From the IMG/VR virus record IMGVR_UViG_3300042273_000539: a DNA stretch of 64,000 nucleotides; one strand, written 5' to 3'. Below, piece by piece: positions 8,877-19,812 of the stretch. The DNA is from an uncultured virus (IMG/VR IMGVR_UViG_3300042273_000539) (lineage: Duplodnaviria; Heunggongvirae; Uroviricota; Caudoviricetes). Position 1 is the first letter of the stretch. Every line of letters starts with the position of its first letter. The notes under the pieces are model-generated. The model made no database searches and was not told the DNA's origin. It worked only from the letters and a program-made list of their open reading frames with translations. A program made the position numbers and the translations under genes.

Positions 8877-9770
8877 ATGAGTACAAATGTAATGGATGAT
8901 TTTTTCAATGAGAAAGAAATGTTGGGAGCTATTTCCGATGTAGAGACAAAAAAGTTTTGGAGACCTACAAAGAATAAGACTATTATTAGGATTCTTCCTC
9001 CTCTAAAACCTAATGGAGAAAAACTTTTCTACTTTACTCACAGAGTTCACTGGGTAAATAAAATTCCTTATGAATGTATTAATCAGACTCAGGTAGATAA
9101 AGATGGGCAAGAGCATGTTGCAGAAAACTGTCCGCTTTGTAATCTTGCAAAGAAACTTTATAAACTTGGAGAAGGTGGAGATTCAGAATCAGATGCTTTG
9201 GCAAGAAGGATTTCTGGAAAGACAAGACATGTAGTAAGGATTATTGTTCGTGGCGAAGAAGAGAGCGAAGGAAAAATTTTCTTCTATGAACTTCCACAGA
9301 AAATTCACAAGATGCTTATGGATAACATTTCATCTGGAGAATGGGGTTCTGTAGTTCATCCTACAAAAGGAAGAGATTTAATTATAATCAAGAACGGAAC
9401 AGGTGTTCAGACAGATTATAGTTCTTCTCAACTTTCTCCAAAGGAAACTCCAATTTATCCAGAAACTGAAAAGGTGGTTGCTATTCTTCAAGAGGCAGTT
9501 AAGAAACCTTATCATAGTTTGATAGCATTTAAGAGTTCAGAAGAATTTGATAATGTTGTTAGAGAGATTGCCAGGGGTTCTGTTGAGGATGATGGTTTTT
9601 ATTCATCTGCACCTACACCAAAGGCACCTGTAGAGAAAACACATACAAAGAAATTTGATGAAAGTCATGATATTCCTATGGCTGATTTTGATGATGTGGA
9701 TGTATCTTCAGATGATGATGGTGGTTCTGATGATTTGGAAGATTTGCTTGCGGAACTTTCTGCAGAGTAA
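8877..9770 (+). CDS. gp32-like single-stranded DNA-binding protein
   Basis: FWRP..IIRILPP, H/C..CPLC zinc site, GRDLIIIK, DYSSS, acidic C-terminal tail. Confidence 0.85.
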   Translation: MSTNVMDDFFNEKEMLGAISDVETKKFWRPTKNKTIIRILPPLKPNGEKLFYFTHRVHWVNKIPYECINQTQVDKDGQEHVAENCPLCNLAKKLYKLGEGGDSESDALARRISGKTRHVVRIIVRGEEESEGKIFFYELPQKIHKMLMDNISSGEWGSVVHPTKGRDLIIIKNGTGVQTDYSSSQLSPKETPIYPETEKVVAILQEAVKKPYHSLIAFKSSEEFDNVVREIARGSVEDDGFYSSAPTPKAPVEKTHTKKFDESHDIPMADFDDVDVSSDDDGGSDDLEDLLAELSAE

Positions 9771-9776
9771 AAAAAT

Positions 9777-9797
9777 AGCCCCTGAAAAGGGGCTTTT
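9777..9797 (+). terminator. Intrinsic terminator
   Basis: AGCCCCT-GAAA-AGGGGCT-TTT. Confidence 0.7.
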
Positions 9798-9811
9798 AAC
9801 TTGGAGAATAT

Positions 9812-11089
9812 ATGGCAAAAGTAAAATTAGATGAATTAGATGAAATATTCGGTGGAGATATAATAAATCCATCAAAAGAAAATAGTAAAGTTGATACATT
9901 TTATGATATAGGAAATTATGCCCTTAATTATATTATGTCAAAAAACTTGAAAGGTGGAGTTCCAGCAGGAAGAGTTACTGGCCTTGAAGGACTTGGTTCT
10001 ACTGGTAAATCTTTATTGGCTCTTTCTATGTTGAGAGACCCAAAAATTGATTTGGCTATAATCATAGAAACAGAAGGTGGAGGAAGTTCACAGGAGCTTA
10101 TGGAGTTTGCTGGTGTTGATTTAAGTAAAGTAAGAATACTTAAAGCACACACTTTTACTTCTTATAAAATTGCTAAAAAAACCGGCAAAAGAGAAGAGGT
10201 TGCTGACAAAGATGTTCCTGCTAAATCGGAAACTGCTGACTATATTTATGTAAAAGGAGCGACTTTACAAATAAAACAATTGATGGATACTTTTATTCTA
10301 TCAAATACTCTAAAAAATAAGAAAGTTGTTATAATACTTGACTCTATAGCTAACATACAAAGCGTAAGAGAAATGAACGGAACTCAAGATATGGGTGCCA
10401 GGGCTAAAGATATAGGTGTTTTCTTTAGGACATTTGATAATACTATTGAAAAAACAAAAGTAGCTTTTGTTTATACAAACAAACTATATCAAAACTTTGG
10501 TAATATTTACGATCCTTATGTTGCTGTTGGTGGAGAAAATGTGTTCTATAACTCTTCTCTTATTGTTAGACTTTCTAATACAGCAGAGTCTGATGATATT
10601 TCTGATAAAGAGAAGAAAGCAGATAAGGCAAATAAAAACACTTCTCTTGGAACACAATATTCTACGCTTAAAGGTTTTGTTAGAAAGAGTAGATTTGGAA
10701 CAAAGTTTAGAACTGCACAGTTTATGATTGATTCTCAACTTGGAGTTACTAGATATTCTGGATTGTTTAAACTTCTTAAAGATTTTAGTATTATACAAGG
10801 TAGCACCTGGTATACTATGGAAAGTATTTGGGGAGATAAAAAGTTCCATAAAAAGGATTTTATAAAACTATTCAGAGAGGATGAAGAAAATAATATTATT
10901 AAGCTTCAAGAAATTCTTGATTCTACCGAGCTTAAAATGAAAGAAGAAAAAGCTGAAGAAATGGTTAACGGTGAAGCTGACATGAATGACAGCGAAGACT
11001 TTCAAGAAGAAACGAGTATTTTAGATGATTTAACAGAGGTTGATGAGGATGAAATTTCTCGTCAAGTAATACAAGATGTAGAAGCCTAA
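9812..11089 (+). CDS. uvsX: UvsX/RecA-like recombinase
   Basis: GNYALNYIMS, GVPAGRV, Walker A GLGSTGKS, IILDSI, GGENVFYNSS, KSRF. Confidence 0.9.
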   Translation: MAKVKLDELDEIFGGDIINPSKENSKVDTFYDIGNYALNYIMSKNLKGGVPAGRVTGLEGLGSTGKSLLALSMLRDPKIDLAIIIETEGGGSSQELMEFAGVDLSKVRILKAHTFTSYKIAKKTGKREEVADKDVPAKSETADYIYVKGATLQIKQLMDTFILSNTLKNKKVVIILDSIANIQSVREMNGTQDMGARAKDIGVFFRTFDNTIEKTKVAFVYTNKLYQNFGNIYDPYVAVGGENVFYNSSLIVRLSNTAESDDISDKEKKADKANKNTSLGTQYSTLKGFVRKSRFGTKFRTAQFMIDSQLGVTRYSGLFKLLKDFSIIQGSTWYTMESIWGDKKFHKKDFIKLFREDEENNIIKLQEILDSTELKMKEEKAEEMVNGEADMNDSEDFQEETSILDDLTEVDEDEISRQVIQDVEA

Positions 11090-11105
11090 TGGCTTTACCC
11101 TATTG

Positions 11106-11132
11106 AAGCCGGTTTAATAGCCGGCTTTTTTT
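11106..11132 (+). terminator. Intrinsic terminator
   Basis: AAGCCGG...CCGGCTT followed by a T tract. Confidence 0.8.
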
Positions 11133-11142
11133 ATAAGAATAT

Positions 11143-13551
11143 ATGAAACTAATAATAAGTAACAAAATTTCCAGTATAATAGACCCAACAAAAGAAGTAA
11201 TAGATTTATTTAAAAATTTTTTCACTTTAAAAGATGAAAGAAAAGCATTTGTTAAATCTAACGACCCGTCAAAAAGATTCAATAACAAGAAAATAGAATC
11301 AGTAAAGTTTTACTATTTTATAGATAACAAGATAGTGTTTTTTTCTGGTTTGCTTGTTGATGTATTAAAAACAATAAAGAAAAATAATATAAAAATAGAT
11401 ATTGATAACAGGTTAGTATCTTTAGAATATCAAGGAAAAGATTATTCTGATGAAGAATTGAGGAAATATTTTAACCCTAACTTTACTTACGTTGACCATC
11501 AAATACGTGCATTAAAAAAGATGCTAAAATCTTATGGTGGCATAATAAAAGCCACCACGTCATCAGGAAAATGTTTTGGAAAAGACACAGATATATTAAT
11601 GTTTAATGGATCTATAAAAAAAGTTCAAGACATAAAAATTGGTGATATAATTATGGGATATGATTCTAAACCTAGAAATGTATTGTCTGTAACTAATGGG
11701 ATAGATATTCTTTATAAAATTAAATATAAAAAAGGAAAAGGAAGTCATATTGTAAATTCTTCCCATGTTTTAACGTTAAAGGCTTCAAGAGATTTATACA
11801 GTAATATAAAAAAGAATGATATTATAGACATTCCTTTAATGGATTACTTAAACCAAACAAAAGATTTTAAAAGAGTCTTCAGTTTGTTTCAGGAACCAGT
11901 ATTATGCTGGGAGGAAAATAAACATTTATTAGAGCCTTATTTTTTAGGGGTTTGGCTTGGTGATGGAAGAAGTAATGCTCCATGTATAACGTCAATAGAC
12001 GAGGAAATTATTTATTATTTAAAAGATTATGTTAAAAACTTTAAAGATTTAAGTATTTCAATATATGAACAAAAAGATAGAGTAAATAATTATGCTTTAA
12101 CTGGAAATAAAAAGAAAAAAAATACAATAACAGAAGAATTTAAAAGATTAAATCTCATTAATAATAAACATATACCAAAAGAATATTTAATAGATAGTTA
12201 TAATAATAGAATTAATTTATTATCTGGGCTTCTTGATACTGATGGATACCATTATGGTTATGATAAATTTGAATTTTCTAATAAAAATAAACAACTGTGT
12301 GAAGATGTACTGTTTTTAACGAAATCTTTAGGATTCTATGCTTCTATGAAAGAAACAAAAAAAAGTTCTCAAAATGGAACTATTGGAACTTATTATATTG
12401 TATATATTTCTGGTGATGTGCATAAAATACCTACAAAAATAAAAAGAAAACAAGCAAAAATAAAAGAAAAGAAAATATTTGAGCTAAAAGACCCTACTAA
12501 ATTTGGTTTTGAAATAGAAAAAATTGAAAAAGGTGAATATTTTGGATTTACTCTTGATGGTGATGGAAGATTTATGCTTGGAGATTTTGTTGTTTCTCAC
12601 AATACTGAAATAATGCTTGCTTTCTGTAAATTAGTAAATCTTAAAACTTTAATATTAGTTAATAAGCAAGATTTAGGAAAGCAAACAGCGAAAAGACTTA
12701 ATGATGGAGGATTTTCAGTAATTTATAGAGGTAGTGATAAAAAAGGAAAAGTAGATTTAGAGTCTTCTTATGTTTGTACCATTGGTATGGCTAAAGATTT
12801 ACCTAATGATTTTGATATAGTTATTGTAGATGAGTGTCATAGAGCAAGTGCTACCACATTTCAAGATTATCTCATGAAATCAAAAGCAAAGGCTTTTTAT
12901 GGTTTTTCTGCTACTCCCGAGGGAAATCATAAAGTAGATTTTATGAAAGTCAAACAACATTTATATGGAATAATAGAAGAAATAAACGCAGAAGAATTAC
13001 TTGAAAATAATGTAATAGCATTTCCTAATATAACTTTTATAGATAATGAGTGCATAGGTACTTTAGATTGGGATTCTGCTAATGAACTATGTATTATTCA
13101 CAATAGAGATAGAAATGAAAAAATAAGAGATTTAGTTTTTAAGCATAAGCAACCAACTTTAATATTGGTAAGAAATATAGAACATGGACTGGAACTTGAA
13201 AAAATGATAGAAGGTTCTTTATTTGTTCATGGTTCTAAAGATTCTGATTTTAGAAAAGATGTTATTGATAGGATGGAAAGTGGAGATTTGCAATATGTTA
13301 TTGCTTCTAATATTTTTAATGAAGGGATAAGTATTAATGCAATACGTGTTTTGATCGTTGCTTCTGGAGGTAAATCTAAAATAGAAACAGTTCAGAGATT
13401 GGGCCGTGCCTTAAGAAAAGATGAAGGAAAAGAAGAAGCCATAGTATATGATTTTTATGACTATGGAAATAAATATACCTCAAGACATTCAGAAGAAAGA
13501 ATGAGAACTTATAAGAAGGTGGGCTTTCCAGTTAACCTTTTGGAAAGTTAA
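11143..13551 (+). CDS. uvsW: UvsW-like SF2 helicase containing an intein
   Basis: ATTSSGK/T Walker A split by the intein, DECH, SATP, EGIS, QRLGRALR. Confidence 0.9.
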   Translation: MKLIISNKISSIIDPTKEVIDLFKNFFTLKDERKAFVKSNDPSKRFNNKKIESVKFYYFIDNKIVFFSGLLVDVLKTIKKNNIKIDIDNRLVSLEYQGKDYSDEELRKYFNPNFTYVDHQIRALKKMLKSYGGIIKATTSSGKCFGKDTDILMFNGSIKKVQDIKIGDIIMGYDSKPRNVLSVTNGIDILYKIKYKKGKGSHIVNSSHVLTLKASRDLYSNIKKNDIIDIPLMDYLNQTKDFKRVFSLFQEPVLCWEENKHLLEPYFLGVWLGDGRSNAPCITSIDEEIIYYLKDYVKNFKDLSISIYEQKDRVNNYALTGNKKKKNTITEEFKRLNLINNKHIPKEYLIDSYNNRINLLSGLLDTDGYHYGYDKFEFSNKNKQLCEDVLFLTKSLGFYASMKETKKSSQNGTIGTYYIVYISGDVHKIPTKIKRKQAKIKEKKIFELKDPTKFGFEIEKIEKGEYFGFTLDGDGRFMLGDFVVSHNTEIMLAFCKLVNLKTLILVNKQDLGKQTAKRLNDGGFSVIYRGSDKKGKVDLESSYVCTIGMAKDLPNDFDIVIVDECHRASATTFQDYLMKSKAKAFYGFSATPEGNHKVDFMKVKQHLYGIIEEINAEELLENNVIAFPNITFIDNECIGTLDWDSANELCIIHNRDRNEKIRDLVFKHKQPTLILVRNIEHGLELEKMIEGSLFVHGSKDSDFRKDVIDRMESGDLQYVIASNIFNEGISINAIRVLIVASGGKSKIETVQRLGRALRKDEGKEEAIVYDFYDYGNKYTSRHSEERMRTYKKVGFPVNLLES
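11572..12603 (+). mobile_element. Intein with LAGLIDADG homing endonuclease (344 aa)
   Basis: Starts CFGKDT, ends VSHN/T; LGVWLGDG and LSGLLDTDG motifs. Confidence 0.9.
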
Positions 13552-13567
13552 TAGATAGAGGTAATAT

Positions 13568-15037
13568 ATGGACTTGTTTAATCTTTTAGTAGAAGAATTT
13601 TATAATAATAAAGAACTGGCGGCAGAAGATTTGCCAGAAGGTTTTGGTGTCCCTATTACTCCAGTAGTTTCTTATTTGTGTTTTGAGACTCCTTTAGATC
13701 TCATTTATTCAAAAGAACAAGTTTTAGAGGAAGGAAAAACCGAAAAGAGTGCTGTTAAAAAAGCAAAAAAAGAAGTTTCTATTGCTAAAAAAGGGAAAAC
13801 TTCCAAAGAGACTGGAACAGTTTATAAATTAACCAAGGAACAAAAAAGAGCTTTAAAGTATATAAAAAAGAAATATGGTAGAGCTATTCAAAAAGAAATA
13901 AAAACATTTAGAAACAATTTTTTAGCACCTTATCAAGTAATAAAATCAAATTTAGAAAAATCTAAATCTATATATCCAAAAGAAGTTTTTGGAATGTCAA
14001 AAGAAGAATATTTAAGAGCAAAAAAAAGAGCAGAAAATAAAATTCTTAATATGAGATCAAATACTTATGTAGATTTAAATAAAGAATATTATGGTGTTAA
14101 CTCTAAATATAAAGGCGCATCAGAATTAGAAAAAATTACTAATAGCAATAATGTAAATTCTATGGCTTTAAGAAGGGTATTTGAAAAATATAACTTAAAA
14201 TCTTCTAAATTTGAAGATTCTGATTTTGTAGCTTTAAAGAGTAAGATTAGAAATGTTGATATTTATTTAAAAAATTTAATTGATAAAATAAGTAGTTCTG
14301 GTGTTTCAAACGAAGATATAAAAAATTTAAGGCAAAGAGTTGTAGAAGTTCAAGAAGCAAAGAGAGGAATGTCTTCTTCTGATGATTCTTACGATGATGT
14401 TAGTAATTTTAGAAGAATTCAAAATATGCTTGAGAAAATTGAAGAGAAAATAAATGAACTTGACATAAATTCAAATTCTAAAGAATCTATATTATCTAAT
14501 CTAGAGAAAGCAACTTCTGTAAACGGGGAAAAAATAACAAATAAAACATTTGCTGATGAATATGAAATGTTTTCTTTGAGAGAAAAAATAATAGACGACA
14601 TAAAAGATGACAAAAACAATAAATATGTAGATGAGTATAAACATCAGTTGTCATTAGTGAAAGGAAGATTGTTAGACAGGAAATCTGATTTAATAGGAAA
14701 GATGTCTAAAGAAAGAGCAAGTAAAAAATTAACAGATGATGAAAAAAAGATATATGAGCTAAAGCCAGGAGCTCCAAAAGATTCAGATAAGATAAGTGAT
14801 TATATCCTAAAAATAAAAGAAGATGATTTTTTTGATCCAATATTTTATCATAAATCAGACAAAATGAAAGAATCTGAAAAAAAGATAGATGCAGAAATAA
14901 AGAGATTTGAAAGATCTTTGCAGTCTAAAATGGAAGAAAAAGATTTTAGATTGTTAAAAAAATATAGATTAATAAATAATTTAATAACCATAAAAAATAT
15001 GAAAGGTTTAAAAGAATTGTTCGGAGATAAAGAATAA
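13568..15037 (+). CDS. Hypothetical Lys-rich helical protein with LVEE propeptide
   Basis: Long ORF, GAGG RBS, N-terminus MDLFNLLVEE. Confidence 0.7.
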   Translation: MDLFNLLVEEFYNNKELAAEDLPEGFGVPITPVVSYLCFETPLDLIYSKEQVLEEGKTEKSAVKKAKKEVSIAKKGKTSKETGTVYKLTKEQKRALKYIKKKYGRAIQKEIKTFRNNFLAPYQVIKSNLEKSKSIYPKEVFGMSKEEYLRAKKRAENKILNMRSNTYVDLNKEYYGVNSKYKGASELEKITNSNNVNSMALRRVFEKYNLKSSKFEDSDFVALKSKIRNVDIYLKNLIDKISSSGVSNEDIKNLRQRVVEVQEAKRGMSSSDDSYDDVSNFRRIQNMLEKIEEKINELDINSNSKESILSNLEKATSVNGEKITNKTFADEYEMFSLREKIIDDIKDDKNNKYVDEYKHQLSLVKGRLLDRKSDLIGKMSKERASKKLTDDEKKIYELKPGAPKDSDKISDYILKIKEDDFFDPIFYHKSDKMKESEKKIDAEIKRFERSLQSKMEEKDFRLLKKYRLINNLITIKNMKGLKELFGDKE

Positions 15038-15696
15038 TGTTTATATATAATGGTAAAGTATTTTCTCAAATACCTAAAGTAAAAGATTACAATAAAACTA
15101 TAAAAGTATCTAAAGAAGATATACTTCTTACTTATGTTTCTCAAGAGGTAAGAAGTAAGGATGTTTTATTTACTTTTTCTATAACATATTTTAATATCCC
15201 TGTTGATCAAGATTCTTATATTTTTGAAAGAGTTTTAGATAAAAATAGTTTAAAAAAATCCATTATAGATACTATAGGTAAAGAGAAGACTATAAGTATA
15301 AACAAATTAAAAACGAGAGAAGTGGTTTTTTCTTTTGATATAGAGGAATGGATAAATTTAGCTACAAAACCAATTAATATTTCAAAAAGAAAAGGGGTAG
15401 GAACATACTATATTAAACCAAGAGTAAAGTTTCCAGATATGGTTTTAGAAAATATTAATCCTGATGTTTCTGGAGCTGTATGTAAGAAATTTACCAACAT
15501 GCTTTCTACAGATATGAGATTTTCTAGAGCTTTTAAAGGCAGTTTCCCTAAAGAGGTTATTTTTCAACAGCATAAATATTTAGATTTTTTTACTTTAGGC
15601 TATGACTTATATAATAATAGGTTTGAAGCTAACATAAGAAACGATTTGTTACAAATTTTGTATTTTAATACTAGAAAAGGGAAAAAATTAACTTGA
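15037..15696 (+). CDS. Hypothetical protein
   Basis: TAATG-coupled ORF. Confidence 0.65.
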   Translation: MFIYNGKVFSQIPKVKDYNKTIKVSKEDILLTYVSQEVRSKDVLFTFSITYFNIPVDQDSYIFERVLDKNSLKKSIIDTIGKEKTISINKLKTREVVFSFDIEEWINLATKPINISKRKGVGTYYIKPRVKFPDMVLENINPDVSGAVCKKFTNMLSTDMRFSRAFKGSFPKEVIFQQHKYLDFFTLGYDLYNNRFEANIRNDLLQILYFNTRKGKKLT

Positions 15697-15959
15697 AAGA
15701 ATTTATTATAAACAATATTTGGTGGTTTTTGGGTGGCTCCTATTTTTTAGGGGCTTTACTTTATTATAAAATGGCTTTTGTTTTAGGGAGGCAAAAGAAT
15801 TTTTCTGAAATGGTATTTGAAGATTTATTTGTAGATATATTATATGTAGTATTTTGGCTACCTGTTTTAGTTTTAATAGTTATAAAGCTAATACTAGCTT
15901 CTATATTTTATATACCGTTAAAAATATGGATTGAGATTACTAAAAAAAAGAAGGACTAA
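15693..15959 (+). CDS. Small membrane protein
   Basis: Two hydrophobic segments and a basic C-terminus. Confidence 0.6.
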   Translation: MKEFIINNIWWFLGGSYFLGALLYYKMAFVLGRQKNFSEMVFEDLFVDILYVVFWLPVLVLIVIKLILASIFYIPLKIWIEITKKKKD

Positions 15960-15975
15960 AAAGTCCTTCTTTTTT
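15944..15975. terminator. Bidirectional intrinsic terminator
   Basis: AAAAAAAGAAGGACT-AAAA-AGTCCTTCTTTTTT between convergent genes. Confidence 0.8.
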
Positions 15976-15976
15976 A

Positions 15977-16540
15977 TTAAGCGGTTCCAGTTTCTCTAGT
16001 TGTTTCTGGGAAATTTCTTTGTTCTGCCCAGTCATATCTAAATGTAGCTGTTACAGATTGAACGTCAGCTGATGCTGCATCAAAATCATCAAACTTAACA
16101 GTAGTGGGCCATGCTCCATACAAATTCCATGTTCTTACTACTTCTCCGTTTCCATCAAACTGTATTATAAGCATATTAGAAGAAATAGTTTTTTTAGGCT
16201 TCATTTGGCCGGTTGCTGGATTATAAATTTCTTTTTGCCAAGACCATAGCACTTCCCCTGCGCTATTTTCAGAAGAAGCTTCATCATCCTGAATAAACTC
16301 ATAAAAACCAATTTCAATAGTTTGAAATTCTGCTTTAGTAGGCAAATACGCCCTGTCATTTATTCTATGGATGTCAGTTTCTGCTATAGTCATTTGTGGT
16401 GAAGTTGCTGTATGGCAGGCTATAGTAAGACTGTCTTTAGTTCCTCCAACTCCTGGAATAAGTTCAAATTGAACTGCGTATTTATTTTTTCTCATTGCTT
16501 CAAACTTTGAAAAAGAGCTCATTGTTAATGAAATTGCCAT
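15977..16540 (-). CDS. T4 gp19-like tail tube protein
   Basis: FEAMRKNKY, LWSWQ, WNLYGAWPT, TATFRYD motifs. Confidence 0.85.
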   Translation of the reverse strand: MAISLTMSSFSKFEAMRKNKYAVQFELIPGVGGTKDSLTIACHTATSPQMTIAETDIHRINDRAYLPTKAEFQTIEIGFYEFIQDDEASSENSAGEVLWSWQKEIYNPATGQMKPKKTISSNMLIIQFDGNGEVVRTWNLYGAWPTTVKFDDFDAASADVQSVTATFRYDWAEQRNFPETTRETGTA

Positions 16541-16585
16541 ATTATTATCTCCTGTCTTTCTTATCTTTACTACCCCTTGGATTAC

Positions 16586-16614
16586 TTTACAAAAAAGTAA
16601 AAATTTTATATACT
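16586..16614 (+). promoter_or_regulatory. Sigma70-type early promoter
   Basis: TTTACA-17-TATACT with the shared spacer. Confidence 0.75.
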
Positions 16615-16631
16615 ATACCAAAGGAGTTTTT

Positions 16632-17639
16632 ATGAAACTAATACTTACTGGAGACCTCCACGGAAAGGATGGTATCTATGTAAATATCTTAACTGATTAC
16701 ATTGATTATCTTGCCAACTACGCAAAGAAAAATAAAATAATTACTATAGTATTTTTAGGAGATTTTTTAGATAAAGCAAATAAGATACGAAGTGAAACAT
16801 TTATCCCTATATTTAAAAAGCTCCAAGAACTTAAAGAGTATGGTTTTATTATGTATTTTATACTTGGAAACCATGATATTTATACTATGGATAAGGATTC
16901 TCTTGTAGAAACTTTTTCTCCGTTTGGAACAGTAATAAAGACAGAGCAAGAGTTTGATTTTGATGGTGTTAAAATTAATATGTGTCCTTATACTACAGAT
17001 GAAATGGAAGTTCCTACAGTAAATGCTGACTACTTATTTACTCATCTTCCTATTACAGAATTTGTGTTTGACAATGATATGGAAATAAAGGATAAAAATG
17101 CTTTTCATCCAGAATTTTTCTCAAACTATAAAAAAGTATTTACAGGGCATTACCATAAAAGACAAGAAAAATATAACATCCAGTATGTAGGCTCTCCTTA
17201 TCAATTAAGTTTTGGAGAATCTGGAGATATTAATAAAGGTTTTGTAGTTTTTGAGCCATCTACTGGAGAGGAGACTTTTGTAAAATATGAAGGTGCTCCT
17301 AGATATTATGAAATTGATTATGATACGTTAGTTAACGATGGCGTTGAAGAGGAAGATGTTAAAAACTCATTTGTAAAAATTCTTATTGATAAAAAAATAG
17401 AAAACTTTACAAAAGTTAGAAACTCCCTTTATAAAATTGGTGCTATTGATATAGTCCCTACATTTAGAGCGCCAAAACAAGAGTTAGTAGAAGATGGTTT
17501 AACAAAAATTGAAATAAATAAACCAATAAGGGAAATGTTGCAAACTTTTATAAAAGAAAAGGATTTTTTCTACGGAAAAGAAAAATTAAACAACGATACA
17601 TTGCTTGAATTATTAGAAGGAATAGAAAATGAACTTTAA
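16632..17639 (+). CDS. gp47/Mre11/SbcD-like recombination nuclease
   Basis: GDLH, LGDF, GNHD, TH, GHYH, YVGSPYQLSFGE. Confidence 0.9.
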   Translation: MKLILTGDLHGKDGIYVNILTDYIDYLANYAKKNKIITIVFLGDFLDKANKIRSETFIPIFKKLQELKEYGFIMYFILGNHDIYTMDKDSLVETFSPFGTVIKTEQEFDFDGVKINMCPYTTDEMEVPTVNADYLFTHLPITEFVFDNDMEIKDKNAFHPEFFSNYKKVFTGHYHKRQEKYNIQYVGSPYQLSFGESGDINKGFVVFEPSTGEETFVKYEGAPRYYEIDYDTLVNDGVEEEDVKNSFVKILIDKKIENFTKVRNSLYKIGAIDIVPTFRAPKQELVEDGLTKIEINKPIREMLQTFIKEKDFFYGKEKLNNDTLLELLEGIENEL

Positions 17640-19812
17640 ATGGATAAAAATAGAAAATTTTAAATCCTTTGGCGAAGAAACCGTAGAAATGAGTTTAGAT
17701 TTTTCTGGCGTTAAATTGCTAGTAGGAAAGAATGGAACAGGTAAAACTTCATTCTTTGATGCTTTGGTTTGGTGTGTATATGGAAATACTGATTTAAAAG
17801 CAGATAATGTAGTAAATAAATTTACTAAAAAGAATTGTAAAGTTGAAGTTTGTTTTGAATCCGATAACGATGAATATGTTATCACAAGGTATAGAAAACA
17901 TTCTACTCATGGCAATAACATTTATCTATTTAAGAATAAAGAAAACATAACCCCTAAAGGGGCGAGAGAAGTTCAAGAAAAAATAATAGAAATAATAGGT
18001 ATAGATTACAGGGCTTTAGTTTCATCTGTTATTTTATCTAGTGAAACTTACAAACAATTTTTAAGAGAAACAAATTCTTCTAGGCTTGCTATATTTGATA
18101 GCTTATTTTCTTTGAAAGAAATAAGTTTATATTCCACAGCAACTAAAATAAAAATAAAAAATCTTCAGTCAAGTAATTCTGTATTACAAAATGAGTTATC
18201 AACATTGAATGGTTCTTCTGTGTCTATGCTAGAAACATTAAAAAAATATAGGGCTTCTTTTGATGCTAAAAAGAAAGAACTTGAAATTTCTATAAGAAAT
18301 ATAGAAAAGGATATTTTAAGCAAAGAAACTGAACTTAAAGATTTAGAAAAAGTAGATATAAATAAAGAAAAAAAGAAATATTCTGCCAATGAAAAAGTTT
18401 TACAACGTAGAGAATTTCTTATGGAAAAGCTTAATGAACTTCCAGGAGTAGAGAATAAAAAAGATGATGCAAGAAGATTAAAAAAGATTATTGCTTCTTT
18501 GACAGATGATATTTTAGAAAAAGAAAAAATAGACATTGACGAAGAGATAAAACTCATTGACAAATACGAAAAGACAAGAGAATTAGTGGCTAAACTTGAG
18601 AATATGCTTACTATAGAGAAAGCTTCTTATTCATCTTTACAAAAAGAAAGAAGTAAAATATCTAAAGCGATAGATGATATTAAAAACTCATTATTGTCTA
18701 TAGAAAGTAAAATACAAGAAACATTAGGAAAAGAAGACGTATGCCCTGAATGTGGAAGTAGTATTCATAAGGATGTATTTTTATCTATTGTACAAAAACA
18801 TGAGTCATTAAGAGAAAAAGAAAAAGAGAAACTTAATTTACTGGAGAAAGAAATATTTTCAATAGACGAGAAAGTATTTGCTTGTCAAGAAAAAATAAAT
18901 AGAATAGAGAATGGTATTCCAGAAATAAAGAAGCCTTCTTATTCAAGAGATTTCTTGATGAATTTATCCAGGAATATATCTCAAATAAAATCTGATTTAG
19001 AAAATAATATTTTGAGATTAAATACATTATCTTCTGAAATAGAAAACATAGAAGAAAAAACTTTAGGTATAACAAATGAGTTAGATAGCCTTCCAGAAGT
19101 TGACTGTAAGTATTCTATTGATCAACTTGATAGATTATCTGAAGATATAAATGAGTGTAAATCTAAACTATTTTCTTTAAAAAGTAAGAAAGAACTATTA
19201 GAAGAACAATACAATTCTCCTATTGACATGAAGTATGTTAAAGATTTAGCTGATACTATAAGAGAAAAGAAAGAAAATATACAGGAAGTTTCAAAACAAA
19301 TAGAAGAAAATGAAAATTCTATAATATATTATCAAGCATTGGAAAGTGCTTTTTCTAACGGAGAAGGTGGATTTAAAAAATATTTCATTGAAAATTCTAT
19401 TGATATATTTAATGAAAAAATAAATATGTATTTGCCGTTTTTCTTTAAAGATGATATAATAATAACGTTTGATAAGAACCTTAATGAAACTATCATATTT
19501 AAGGATATGGAAACAGAATTTAATGAACTATCTTCTGGACAGAAGACGAGAGCAGAGTTAGCAGTAGTCTTTTCTCTTTATATGATGGTTAGGGCATTGT
19601 TTGGTTCTGGAACAAACTTATTAGTATTTGATGAAATACTTGACAAAAATTTGGACGATGATGGAGTAGATTCAGTAGTTAATATACTTAATAATATAGC
19701 GGAAGAAAGTGCTATATTTGTAGTTTCTCACAAAGAGGAGTATAAAGAAAAATTCCCGCTGTCTATAAAAGTTAAGACAGACGGGAATGGATTTACTAAA
19801 TTAGAAGAGTAG
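17629..19812 (+). CDS. gp46/Rad50/SbcC-like ATPase
   Basis: ENFKSFG, GKNGTGKT, coiled coil with CPEC zinc hook, LSSGQ, FDE, VSH. Confidence 0.9.
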   Translation: MNFKWIKIENFKSFGEETVEMSLDFSGVKLLVGKNGTGKTSFFDALVWCVYGNTDLKADNVVNKFTKKNCKVEVCFESDNDEYVITRYRKHSTHGNNIYLFKNKENITPKGAREVQEKIIEIIGIDYRALVSSVILSSETYKQFLRETNSSRLAIFDSLFSLKEISLYSTATKIKIKNLQSSNSVLQNELSTLNGSSVSMLETLKKYRASFDAKKKELEISIRNIEKDILSKETELKDLEKVDINKEKKKYSANEKVLQRREFLMEKLNELPGVENKKDDARRLKKIIASLTDDILEKEKIDIDEEIKLIDKYEKTRELVAKLENMLTIEKASYSSLQKERSKISKAIDDIKNSLLSIESKIQETLGKEDVCPECGSSIHKDVFLSIVQKHESLREKEKEKLNLLEKEIFSIDEKVFACQEKINRIENGIPEIKKPSYSRDFLMNLSRNISQIKSDLENNILRLNTLSSEIENIEEKTLGITNELDSLPEVDCKYSIDQLDRLSEDINECKSKLFSLKSKKELLEEQYNSPIDMKYVKDLADTIREKKENIQEVSKQIEENENSIIYYQALESAFSNGEGGFKKYFIENSIDIFNEKINMYLPFFFKDDIIITFDKNLNETIIFKDMETEFNELSSGQKTRAELAVVFSLYMMVRALFGSGTNLLVFDEILDKNLDDDGVDSVVNILNNIAEESAIFVVSHKEEYKEKFPLSIKVKTDGNGFTKLEE

